A stretch of 64,000 nucleotides of DNA from a virus: positions 35,883-99,882 of the IMG/VR virus record IMGVR_UViG_3300030419_003648; one strand, given 5' to 3'. Within the stretch, counting starts at the first letter, position 1; each line of letters opens with the position of its first letter. A model generated the notes under the pieces. That model ran no database searches, was not told the origin of the DNA, and was given only the letters and a program-made list of their open reading frames with translations. Below, piece by piece: positions 27,767-36,647 of the stretch. A program made the position numbers and the translations under genes.

Positions 27767-28506
27767 TTCTATACGTAACGTCTTTTAATAAAAATCTCTA
27801 CCAAGTTACTGGTAGAAGCATGATAGAGTCTTTCGTAAAATGGAAAACCGAAGGAGATCTACTTATAACATTTGAAGACGGTATAGACTCAGACATACCA
27901 AAGCATAGAAAATTTTTATTTCATGATCTAGACAAAGATGAGTTTCTAAAAAACTGGCTAAAAGAAAACGAAGACATAATCCCTATAGCTTACGGTGGTA
28001 AATTTGTTGGAACTTTTGCAAACAAGTTTAATAGAAGAGCTGCTTGTTGGTTTAGAAAAATAGTCGCTGTCAAAGCTTCGTTAGATTTGGGTTACGATAA
28101 AGTTATATTTGTAGATAGTGACAGTGTATTTAAAAAGAAAATAACCGAAGAATATGTTGATGAAGTTTTAGAAGGAAATTCCATGTTTTACCATCTAGGT
28201 GATCTTAGAATCAAAAGAAATATGGGTATAGAATCTGGTTTTATTGGATGGGATCTAAAAAACGGTGGAAGAGAATATCTTGATACTGTAATTGAATCAT
28301 TCAAAAGTGGGGACTTTAGAAAATATATAAGATGGGATGACGGATACGTATTTAGAATGATAGTCGAAGAGAACCCACAAATCAAAACTAAAGATGTAAC
28401 AGAAGGTTTAAATCTTTTAGAAGTAATTCCAAATGGCCCTTTTAGAAATTTTATTAGACATGATAAAGGAATACACGGAAGAGAGTTTGGTGAAATGATA
28501 TGGTAA
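27763..28506 (+). CDS. GT-A fold glycosyltransferase
   Basis: FVDSD (DxD), ESGFIG, WDDGYVF, HDKG. Confidence 0.65.
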   Translation: MILYVTSFNKNLYQVTGRSMIESFVKWKTEGDLLITFEDGIDSDIPKHRKFLFHDLDKDEFLKNWLKENEDIIPIAYGGKFVGTFANKFNRRAACWFRKIVAVKASLDLGYDKVIFVDSDSVFKKKITEEYVDEVLEGNSMFYHLGDLRIKRNMGIESGFIGWDLKNGGREYLDTVIESFKSGDFRKYIRWDDGYVFRMIVEENPQIKTKDVTEGLNLLEVIPNGPFRNFIRHDKGIHGREFGEMIW

Positions 28507-29408
28507 AAGTGGCGATTTGTTACACAAAAGACAATAAGTCTGGAAATGGTATTTGCGATGCTTTTGTAAGAGGTGTAGCTGCTAACGGAGATACTCCAGT
28601 ACGAATTAAAAACTTAGTAGAGTTAGATTTAATGGAGGGGTGTGATGTATCTTTTCAGGTTTGCGAACATCCAGATTTTGCATCGCTCGAAGCAGATAAC
28701 TTCAGAGCTTTGTGTCAAAAAAAATCGAAAGAATTAGGAATACAAAGAATAGTTGCGGATGCCGGATTTATAAGACACGAAAGGACAAACTATAAAAAGC
28801 AATTTGGTATCGGAACTCATTACTCAGTAGGTCTAAACGGTGTGAAGAACCACGCTGAATTTTTTAATCAAGACTCTCCGAGTAAACGGTGGAAAAAGCT
28901 AAAAATAGAAATGATGCCTTGGCAAACGAATGACGAAGGCCATATATTAGTTTTAGGTCAAAATAACAAAGGTATAGGCACAACAAATATCAGAAAGATT
29001 AACCCAGATCCAGAAAAATGGTTTAGACACGAAGTTGAAAAATTGAAATCATTTGAAAGACGTATTGTTTTTAGACCTCACCCTACAGAAAAACGTTATA
29101 GATTTATAGACGATGAAAGCGGAATGGGTGTTGATATTAGTCAATATAGCAATCTTGAAAACGATCTCAAAGATTGTTTTGCCGTATTTTCTCCAACATC
29201 AAATGCTGCGGTGGATGCAATCATTAGAGGTATACCTGTTATTACCAATGACTCTTTATCTATTGTGAAAGAGGTAGCTAGCCCAAGCATGGAAGATATA
29301 AGAAGACCAGACAGGACTCAATGGGCATACAATTTAGCTTACGCTCAATGGAACATCAATGAAATGAGTATTGGTATTTGTTGGAAACATATAAAACAAA
29401 ACCTATGA
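28500..29408 (+). CDS. capsule-biosynthesis-like GT-B protein (paralog of 25905)
   Basis: FRPHP, SNAAVDAIIRGIPV, RTQWAYNLAYAQW..EM..G. Confidence 0.6.
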   Translation: MVKVAICYTKDNKSGNGICDAFVRGVAANGDTPVRIKNLVELDLMEGCDVSFQVCEHPDFASLEADNFRALCQKKSKELGIQRIVADAGFIRHERTNYKKQFGIGTHYSVGLNGVKNHAEFFNQDSPSKRWKKLKIEMMPWQTNDEGHILVLGQNNKGIGTTNIRKINPDPEKWFRHEVEKLKSFERRIVFRPHPTEKRYRFIDDESGMGVDISQYSNLENDLKDCFAVFSPTSNAAVDAIIRGIPVITNDSLSIVKEVASPSMEDIRRPDRTQWAYNLAYAQWNINEMSIGICWKHIKQNL

Positions 29409-30286
29409 ATATCTTATATGCATACAGAAACAAACTAACTCCTCTGATACACAAGGCGATAATTCAAGGGTTTTCTATACCGCCATCGTCAGCAGTTGAA
29501 ATAAGCCAAATAAAAAACTTGGATCTTTCAGTTTATGACTTTGTAATTATTTTTGGAGTCATATCAAGAAAAGCAAAAGTAGCAGCTGAGAATGCCGGTG
29601 TCAAAATTATTTTTATTGACAAAAGCCATATAAGACTTTCTAAATTTAGACATATAGACGAAGAAAGTTTTTTTAGAATCACAATAGATTCTTGGAACCC
29701 TTTCCGCCACTACAAAACTTTTGAAGATAGACAAGATAGAGGAAAAGCAATAAGGACTTACAATGGAAATTTTCCTGATGAGATAAAGCCTTTCAATCAA
29801 GGCTCTAAAATTCTTTTTGCTGGCAGCTCTGAGAAGTATCACAAATACCATAATCTTTCTCATCCAACTGAATATGCTAAATCAGTTATGAAAGAAGTAA
29901 AAAAATACACTGATATGGAAATTGTGTACAGGCCCAAAAGAACTTGGAGGGGAAAAGAAAAAATATGTGGCTCTGAATGGGAAGGAGACAAAAGACTTTT
30001 TTCTCAAGTTTTAAAGAAGGTACATCCTTATTGCGTAATTACACATGGAAGCAATTGCTGTATAGACTCATTGTATTCTGGATATCCTACTTTAATTTTA
30101 GGTGATGCTGCAACAAAACCAATATCGTCAACAAAAATTGAAGACATAAACAGTTTGTATCTAGCTACTAAAGAAGAAAAATATAAACTGTCAAATAGCA
30201 TCGGGTGTTTTAATTGGAAGTTAAAAGAAATGTCTAGTGGCGAAATGCTTACTACCCTAAACCCAATACTGGAAAAGGAACTATAA
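29405..30286 (+). CDS. capsule-biosynthesis-like GT-B protein (third paralog)
   Basis: YRPK, SNCCIDSLYSGYP, NW...EMSSG; ATGA overlap. Confidence 0.55.
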   Translation: MNILYAYRNKLTPLIHKAIIQGFSIPPSSAVEISQIKNLDLSVYDFVIIFGVISRKAKVAAENAGVKIIFIDKSHIRLSKFRHIDEESFFRITIDSWNPFRHYKTFEDRQDRGKAIRTYNGNFPDEIKPFNQGSKILFAGSSEKYHKYHNLSHPTEYAKSVMKEVKKYTDMEIVYRPKRTWRGKEKICGSEWEGDKRLFSQVLKKVHPYCVITHGSNCCIDSLYSGYPTLILGDAATKPISSTKIEDINSLYLATKEEKYKLSNSIGCFNWKLKEMSSGEMLTTLNPILEKEL

Positions 30287-30287
30287 A

Positions 30288-31409
30288 GTGTCTAAATATC
30301 AATATCAGCCACATTGGGTTAAAGGTGAAATAGTAAAAGAGGGATTAAGAGGCTCTGAGGATAGGTATAAGGAAATAAGAAAGTTTTGCAACGCTTATAA
30401 CCGTCCATTTTCAGTCCTAGACTTAGGTGCAAATTTTGGTTACTTTTCTCTTCGTCTCGCAGCAGAATTCGACTGTCATGTAACAATGATTGAGAAGGCA
30501 AAGGGCATAACGCCACAGCTTCAAAACTTGTGTGTTAAAAATGAAGCCAACAACGTGACACTTTTAAAACATAATGCATCAATAGAAACTTTAAAAGCTT
30601 TAAGTAAAGTTGAAAAATTTGACGTTATTTTAGCTATGAGTGTTATACATTACTTTGAAGATGCCAATGAAGCCATCAAGATTCTAAGGGGTATGTGTGA
30701 CCATTTATTAATTGAGCTTCCAGTATCAGAAGACGCTGCACATCCAAACGTGGTAGAAAAAATAATCGTGCCTGACGACGCAATTTTGCTATCTAAATTT
30801 CGTACTCACATAGGCTCAGTTAGACCTTTTTATTTGATGAATAGCACAAGGATGTCGAGCGTCGTAGAAGGTTGGAGCGATAAATATTTTGGAGAATTTA
30901 TGAAAAAAGAGTCTATCTTCAAGATGTATTCAAATTTTGATGAAAAATATATAATTTACACCAATAGACTAAAATCAAGAGGTCAAAAAATCCTAAAAAC
31001 AAAAGGAAAAAAACACAATAGTGTAGAAGCCAAGTTAGCTAGAGTATTAGAAAAACAAGCAGGCAGGCGTTTAAAATTTTCCTATAGAGATATCATTCCC
31101 GGAATTAACCTTATGACTTATTTCAATATGGGTGGTCAATATCCAACAAAACAATCTATACTAGATGATATATCAGGTTATGACGAACCGCATGGAGATA
31201 TAAGACCTTGGAATATTATACTCACGAATGACGGCGCAAAAATTTTTGATAAAAAGTCTCAAGAGCTTTTGAATATCACAAAGGAATTAGACGAGTATAA
31301 TTTACAAAAAACTATCGAGTGGATTGAAAACACCAAAATACAAGATGATCCAATTAGACCAATTGATATACGCATCGAAAATCACTATACAACAGCGAGA
31401 AAAAAATGA
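30288..31409 (+). CDS. WbdD-like methyltransferase-kinase (glycan chain terminator)
   Basis: N-terminal YQ...R...R...I...RP.SVLDLGANFGYFSL and FDVILAMSVIH; C-terminal kinase loop HGDIRPWNI...IFD. Confidence 0.72.
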   Translation: MSKYQYQPHWVKGEIVKEGLRGSEDRYKEIRKFCNAYNRPFSVLDLGANFGYFSLRLAAEFDCHVTMIEKAKGITPQLQNLCVKNEANNVTLLKHNASIETLKALSKVEKFDVILAMSVIHYFEDANEAIKILRGMCDHLLIELPVSEDAAHPNVVEKIIVPDDAILLSKFRTHIGSVRPFYLMNSTRMSSVVEGWSDKYFGEFMKKESIFKMYSNFDEKYIIYTNRLKSRGQKILKTKGKKHNSVEAKLARVLEKQAGRRLKFSYRDIIPGINLMTYFNMGGQYPTKQSILDDISGYDEPHGDIRPWNIILTNDGAKIFDKKSQELLNITKELDEYNLQKTIEWIENTKIQDDPIRPIDIRIENHYTTARKK

Positions 31410-31771
31410 GCCATAAGACACTTACAGGAGCAATACAGGGAAAATTTTGGGGAACCACGCAATGTTTCTTTGAAAATTCTACAAGCGAAGTCCATTATAT
31501 AGAAGCTAAAAAGGGTGGTTATTGCTCTAGACATCATCACAAAAATAAATGGAATAGATTTATTGTGTTAGAAGGTGCTTTAAAGGTTATAATATATAAG
31601 CAGGATAGTGAGGATGAGACAATACTAACTGATGGCATGTTCTCAGATGTACCTCCCGGAGTTGACCATAGGTTTGAAGCTTTAAAAAATACAAAAGCGC
31701 TAGAAGTCTACTGGATTGATGGACTAGATCCTAATGATATCGTCAGAAAAGATAGTGGCGGAACTAAATAA
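31406..31771 (+). CDS. cupin-fold protein (sugar isomerase-like)
   Basis: CSRHHH.K.N.F.VL.G, VPPGVDHRF. Confidence 0.8.
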   Translation: MSHKTLTGAIQGKFWGTTQCFFENSTSEVHYIEAKKGGYCSRHHHKNKWNRFIVLEGALKVIIYKQDSEDETILTDGMFSDVPPGVDHRFEALKNTKALEVYWIDGLDPNDIVRKDSGGTK

Positions 31772-32438
31772 ACCCGCATTGATCGTAGGATCAGCTCCAT
31801 CTGTTGAAATGGAAATTGATCTAAGCGATTTCTTCGTATGCTCAACTGGCAAGGCTTTGTACGCATTAGACAAAGCCCATGTAGTGGCATCGTTAGATTT
31901 GGTAAGAATAGTTCATAACATATCAAACTTCAAAAGAAGATGGGATAAGTATCTAATACCCAGCTTTATAACTAACAACGAGTGGTGTAGTAACAAAAGC
32001 GAGCTGAATGAAATTTTTTGCAGAGGTTATCATCAATACCTTTACAAGAAAGCTCCTCTCTATTCCAGAATGTTTTTTAATGAATTTGACTTTTTGAGTT
32101 GCACTAAACCTTCTTCCGAAGAAACCGCTAACTACCCCAATGTTTCATACGAAGACGCAGACGATATCATAGACTTTAAGAAGTTTAACTGCGAAAAGTT
32201 TGACAGGTGTGATGTAAGCGACCCTTATGATTTTCTAAAGATAGAAAACAAAACCAAATTAAAGAATATATCTAGCAGTCTACACATCTTAATAAACTGG
32301 CTTAATGACAGAGGTGTCAAAAAAGTATACACTCTTGGAGTAACTGACACTCATAAAAGCTGGAAAGATACTAAAAGAATATTAGAACTCTATCAAATGG
32401 AATATGAAAGGCTAGAAGATGATACTAATATCTCATAG
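31755..32438 (+). CDS. hypothetical protein, possibly Maf/GT29-like transferase
   Basis: KPALIVGSAPS, S.LH.LI....GVKKVYTLG pattern. Confidence 0.45.
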   Translation: MAELNKPALIVGSAPSVEMEIDLSDFFVCSTGKALYALDKAHVVASLDLVRIVHNISNFKRRWDKYLIPSFITNNEWCSNKSELNEIFCRGYHQYLYKKAPLYSRMFFNEFDFLSCTKPSSEETANYPNVSYEDADDIIDFKKFNCEKFDRCDVSDPYDFLKIENKTKLKNISSSLHILINWLNDRGVKKVYTLGVTDTHKSWKDTKRILELYQMEYERLEDDTNIS

Positions 32439-32892
32439 AGGAAACGTCTACGGTCCAAAGCCTGAGTTAGAGAATAACCCAAGATATATTCAATCGGCTC
32501 TTGATGCAGGCTATCAAGTAGAAATAGATGTTTGGAAGTTAAAAGACTCTTGGCTTCTAGGACATGACGAGCCATACTACGAAACATACACAGACTTTTT
32601 AAAGAAAAAAGGTTTGCTCCTACACGCTAAAAACTTAGAAGCGTTAAAAGGCTTGCTTGAATTAGATGTTCATTGCTTCTGGCATCAAGAAGACCATTAT
32701 ACAATCACAAGTAGAGGCTTGATAATTAGTTATCCGGGATATGCTTCTGGCGCTGGTGTGATTTGTATGAAGCCAGAGCTACTATCAATGGATACAATTT
32801 CAGATTGTGACGCGATATGCTCAGATTATGTTGGTGTTTATAGGGACGTTACTCCTCCAGAAGAAAGAATAGACTTCAGTGCCACACGATGA
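32419..32892 (+). CDS. GDPD/PLC-like phosphodiesterase
   Basis: ISHRGN, EN, VEIDVW, LGHD, ICSD. Confidence 0.78.
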   Translation: MILISHRGNVYGPKPELENNPRYIQSALDAGYQVEIDVWKLKDSWLLGHDEPYYETYTDFLKKKGLLLHAKNLEALKGLLELDVHCFWHQEDHYTITSRGLIISYPGYASGAGVICMKPELLSMDTISDCDAICSDYVGVYRDVTPPEERIDFSATR

Positions 32893-33559
32893 TGTCACAT
32901 TAATAATACAAGGCCCAGTTTCACACAACGGAAAATTGGGCAAGGGGATACTTAATATTCCAACATACAAAAAGTTCGTCGGCAAGATAATAATATCGAC
33001 TTGGATATCACCAGAAGTAAAACCATCAAAAAGATTTCTAATAAACAATGATGTGACTTATTTGGAAGATAGCCCTTCAAAGTATGAATCTTTTTTTAAT
33101 TGGCATAACGTAAACTACCAAACAGTCACATCCTTAAACGGTGTAAATAAAACAAAAACTGAGTATGTTATAAAAAGCAGGTCAGATGAGTATTATACTG
33201 ATCTTTCCTCTTTTATTGAAAAAATGAAATTCTACGGCGAATGTTTGATTACTTCAGAACCTTTTTATAGAGAAGCGCGAACCCCAAGAAGCATATCAGA
33301 CCATTTAATGGGAGGAAAAACGTCAAAAATAAAATCAATGTTTACTGCGGTTTATGAAAAGTGTAAAAACAATGAAGTACAATTAACTAGTCCTACCTAC
33401 GCTCCAGAGGATTTGTATAGAGATAATTTTGATGGGGCAAACATGACAATAAAAATGAATCAACTTGGACAATTTTGGTCTAAAGTTGGAAACAACAGAA
33501 TAACTAGGAAGCAATATGACGAAAATTTTAGTGACGGGCGGAGGCGGGTACGTAGGTAA
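32879..33559 (+). CDS. WavE-like polysaccharide synthesis protein
   Basis: DVTLIIQGP, IIISTW, Q..TSLNG, K.RSDE, SDH..GG. Confidence 0.65.
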   Translation: MPHDDVTLIIQGPVSHNGKLGKGILNIPTYKKFVGKIIISTWISPEVKPSKRFLINNDVTYLEDSPSKYESFFNWHNVNYQTVTSLNGVNKTKTEYVIKSRSDEYYTDLSSFIEKMKFYGECLITSEPFYREARTPRSISDHLMGGKTSKIKSMFTAVYEKCKNNEVQLTSPTYAPEDLYRDNFDGANMTIKMNQLGQFWSKVGNNRITRKQYDENFSDGRRRVRR

Positions 33560-34451
33560 TGTCCTATGCCGTCATCTGCTAGACAGCGGATATCGAGTAA
33601 AATGCATCGACAATTTCCATAAAGGACAATGTGATGCAATAATCCCATTAGCAACAAACCCTAATTTTGAGTTTGAATATGGTGATGTAACAGTATTAGA
33701 ACAAATGAAGGAGGCCGTAATTGGGTGTGACGCTATTATTCATCTTGCTGCTATTGTTGGCTTTCCGGCTTGCAAATCCCAACCTGCGTTGGCTACGGAA
33801 GTAAATGTAGAAGGCACTAGAAATATGCTCTTTGCAAGAGAATCTTACAATCCAAAAATGCCTTTCGTTTATGCGTCCACAGGAAGCGTCTACGGCAAAG
33901 TTGAAGGAACTTGCACAGAAGAGTCTCCCTTAAACGCCGTGTCTCTCTACGGCGTTAATAAGCGCGTTGCAGAGGAAATGGTAGCCACTCAAGACAATAC
34001 TGTATCTTTTCGCTTTGCTACTGGGTTTGGTGTCAGCCCATGTATGCGGGTGAACTTGCTTGTGAACGACTTTGTTTACCAAGCAATGACAAATAACATA
34101 CTCACTATTTTCCAAGCAGACTTCAGAAGAACTTTTATCCATGTCAGAGATATGGCTAAGGCATTTACTATGGGTTTTGAACACATGGGTAATTGGAAAC
34201 ATAAAGTTTACAACTGCGGAGCTAACCATCTTAATTGGACAAAAAGAGAATTAGCAGAATACGTAAAAGAACAAACTGGATGTTTTGTTCACTATGAAGA
34301 AATTGGAACTGACGCAGACCAAAGAGATTACGCTGTCAGTTATGATAAATTAGAAGATGAAGGTTTTTCATGTGATGTAGATATGAAAACCGGAATTAAA
34401 GAACTAATAAAAGTAGCTCCAATCTTACAAATAAGGCATCAATATTCATGA
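33516..34451 (+). CDS. NAD-dependent epimerase/dehydratase
   Basis: VTGGGGYVG, IHLAAIVG, ASTGSVYG, YGVNK, R.FIHVRD. Confidence 0.9.
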   Translation: MTKILVTGGGGYVGNVLCRHLLDSGYRVKCIDNFHKGQCDAIIPLATNPNFEFEYGDVTVLEQMKEAVIGCDAIIHLAAIVGFPACKSQPALATEVNVEGTRNMLFARESYNPKMPFVYASTGSVYGKVEGTCTEESPLNAVSLYGVNKRVAEEMVATQDNTVSFRFATGFGVSPCMRVNLLVNDFVYQAMTNNILTIFQADFRRTFIHVRDMAKAFTMGFEHMGNWKHKVYNCGANHLNWTKRELAEYVKEQTGCFVHYEEIGTDADQRDYAVSYDKLEDEGFSCDVDMKTGIKELIKVAPILQIRHQYS

Positions 34452-35401
34452 TAGATCTTACTGATTCAAAAGTTTTAATTACAGGCGGTCAAGGGTTTTT
34501 AGGAACAGCTTTGGTAAAAGCAGTCTCTGACGCAGGTGCTACACCAATTGTATTAAGAAGTGAAGAAGTTAATATACTTAATCTTTACGATTTAATCGGG
34601 TTTCTAGATGCTAATAAGCCTGACTATGTTATTCATGCTGCTGGTTACAACGGTGGCATTGAGTTTAATAGGATGTACCCTGCGGATATCCTTTATTCTA
34701 ATTCCATAATGGCTTTAAACATACATCATGCATGTGAGTATACAGGTGTTAAAAAGTTAATTAACATTATGACATCATGTGCATATCCTGATACCGGAAT
34801 GGAAGTCTTAAAAGAAGACACGTTCTGGAATGGTCTTCCAAATAAGACTATTAGAGCGCACGGTATTGCAAAGAGGATATTGCAAGCAGCGTCTGAAGCT
34901 TATAATGAACAATATGAATTTAATTCAGTTTCAGTATGTGTTACCAACTTATATGGCCCACATGACACTTTTAACTTAGTTAGAACAAAAGTGGTAGGAG
35001 CATTAATAAGAAAATTTGTAGAAGCTGTCATAGATGAAAACGATCAAGTAGAGTGTTGGGGAACTGGCGCTCCTATGAGAGAGTTTATGTATGTTGAAGA
35101 CGCAGCAGAAGCAATTGTCTTGGCTCTACAAAATTATGAGGATAACACAACACCTCTGAACATTGGTACTGGTAAGGATATAAGCATCAAGACTTTGGTG
35201 GAATATATTGTTAGTGCTACTGGCTATGAAGGTGAAGTGTTCTGGAATACTGAAAAACCAGATGGACAAATGAAAAAACTTCTTGACACTACAAAGATGC
35301 AAGAAATTATTGAAATTGATAGCCTAGAAGTACAAGAGGGTATCAGAAGGACTGTTGAATGGTACATTGCAAACAGAGAGGCTGCAAATGCAAAAGACTA
35401 A
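34448..35401 (+). CDS. fcl: GDP-L-fucose synthase-like epimerase/reductase (atypical active site)
   Basis: GGQGFLG, GGIEFN..YPAD, SCAYP, NLYGPHD, WGTG.PMREF.YVED, PDGQ..KLLD. Confidence 0.8.
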   Translation: MIDLTDSKVLITGGQGFLGTALVKAVSDAGATPIVLRSEEVNILNLYDLIGFLDANKPDYVIHAAGYNGGIEFNRMYPADILYSNSIMALNIHHACEYTGVKKLINIMTSCAYPDTGMEVLKEDTFWNGLPNKTIRAHGIAKRILQAASEAYNEQYEFNSVSVCVTNLYGPHDTFNLVRTKVVGALIRKFVEAVIDENDQVECWGTGAPMREFMYVEDAAEAIVLALQNYEDNTTPLNIGTGKDISIKTLVEYIVSATGYEGEVFWNTEKPDGQMKKLLDTTKMQEIIEIDSLEVQEGIRRTVEWYIANREAANAKD

Positions 35402-35885
35402 CCAAATAGGAGTAGTCATTGATGAGTTAACAGCTAGTCAGCTAGCATTTGATATCATAAACAATTTCAACGAAGAACTAGATAAAACCAAAGACGACTA
35501 CGTTGTCTTTTTTGAAAATTCAACTTCTTCAATTGTTAATCCAAGATTCTCCACTATGGCTATGAATGAGCTTTGGAGTTTTCATGGTGTTTTGATAGCA
35601 ACTTCTGTTTCTAGTGCCTTGTCGATGATAAAAGCTTTTAGCCCTGCTAAGAAAATATTCTATGTATGGGATTTAGAATGGACGAGAAGGCATGGAAAAA
35701 GTTTTGAGGACAATGTAGAAGCATTTGTCAACGAAGAAGTTCTACTTGTTGCTAGAAGTAAAAGCCATGCAAAAGCAATAGAAAACTATTGCAATAAAAA
35801 GGTAGACCATGTCGTACAAAATTTTAATATAGAAAATTTCAAAAGGATAATAGAAAATGAGCAGTGCGTTCATAAACAAGCATAA
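35388..35885 (+). CDS. hypothetical protein (GT-B N-lobe-like)
   Basis: KIFYVWDLEW motif; closes the glycan cluster. Confidence 0.55.
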   Translation: MQKTNQIGVVIDELTASQLAFDIINNFNEELDKTKDDYVVFFENSTSSIVNPRFSTMAMNELWSFHGVLIATSVSSALSMIKAFSPAKKIFYVWDLEWTRRHGKSFEDNVEAFVNEEVLLVARSKSHAKAIENYCNKKVDHVVQNFNIENFKRIIENEQCVHKQA

Positions 35886-36645
35886 AGAATACATCATTGA
35901 GCAGTATGTAGATGAAGAAAAGAGTACATACGAAATAGCTCAAGAGCTTAAGACCTACCCAAATAAAATCAGAAGGGCGTTAAACACTTTAGGAGTGCCT
36001 TTAAGGGATAAAAGTGCGGCTCAGACTGTAGCTATTAACAGCGGTAGGCATGAACATCCAACTAGAGGAAAGAAAAGAACTGAAGCAGAAAAAGTGGCTA
36101 TCAGTAATGGAATGGCTAGCTATTGGGATGAAATGGAAGATGACGAACGTAAAAGACGTTCAGAACTTTCAAAGAAGCAATGGGCAGAAATGTCTGATGC
36201 GGATAAGGCAAATCTCAGAAAATTAGCGGCTGAAGCCGTAAGAAAAGCCAGTAAAGAAGGGTCTAAAATTGAAAAATTCGTATATGAGGGTTTGACAGCT
36301 TTAGGTTATCAGGTTATCTTTCATAAGAGAGGATTAATCCCTAATGACAAACTTGAAGTAGATCTGTTTCTTCCAGAAATAAAAACAGCTATTGAGATTG
36401 ATGGGCCAGCTCATTTCTTGCCGATCTGGGGTCAAGAAAATTTAGAACGTCACATCAGAGCAGATGCACAAAAAGCAGGTCTTCTAATTAACAGAGGATT
36501 TGTCGTCTTACGAGTGAAAAACGTAATTCGCAATTTGTCCTCTAAAAACATGAGAGATGCGCTTGAGGCCATTGTCATTGAGCTGAAAAAAATACAGAAA
36601 AAGTTCCCTGTTCCGTCAAAAAGACTTATTGAAATAGAAACCTAA
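35857..36645 (+). CDS. HTH/NUMOD3 + DUF559 (Vsr-like) endonuclease, homing-endonuclease-like
   Basis: STYEIAQEL (HTH), GKKRTEAEK.AIS (NUMOD3), SKIE...VDLFLP..AIEIDG..H...D..K..G..VLR. Confidence 0.75.
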   Translation: MSSAFINKHKEYIIEQYVDEEKSTYEIAQELKTYPNKIRRALNTLGVPLRDKSAAQTVAINSGRHEHPTRGKKRTEAEKVAISNGMASYWDEMEDDERKRRSELSKKQWAEMSDADKANLRKLAAEAVRKASKEGSKIEKFVYEGLTALGYQVIFHKRGLIPNDKLEVDLFLPEIKTAIEIDGPAHFLPIWGQENLERHIRADAQKAGLLINRGFVVLRVKNVIRNLSSKNMRDALEAIVIELKKIQKKFPVPSKRLIEIET

Positions 36646-36647
36646 AT

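Noticed and set aside
13558-35885. Bacterial chromosomal O-antigen/capsule locus
   Set aside because: The cluster is translationally coupled to phage genes on both sides, shares the same Pro-Gly codon bias, and lacks transport or polymerase membrane proteins.
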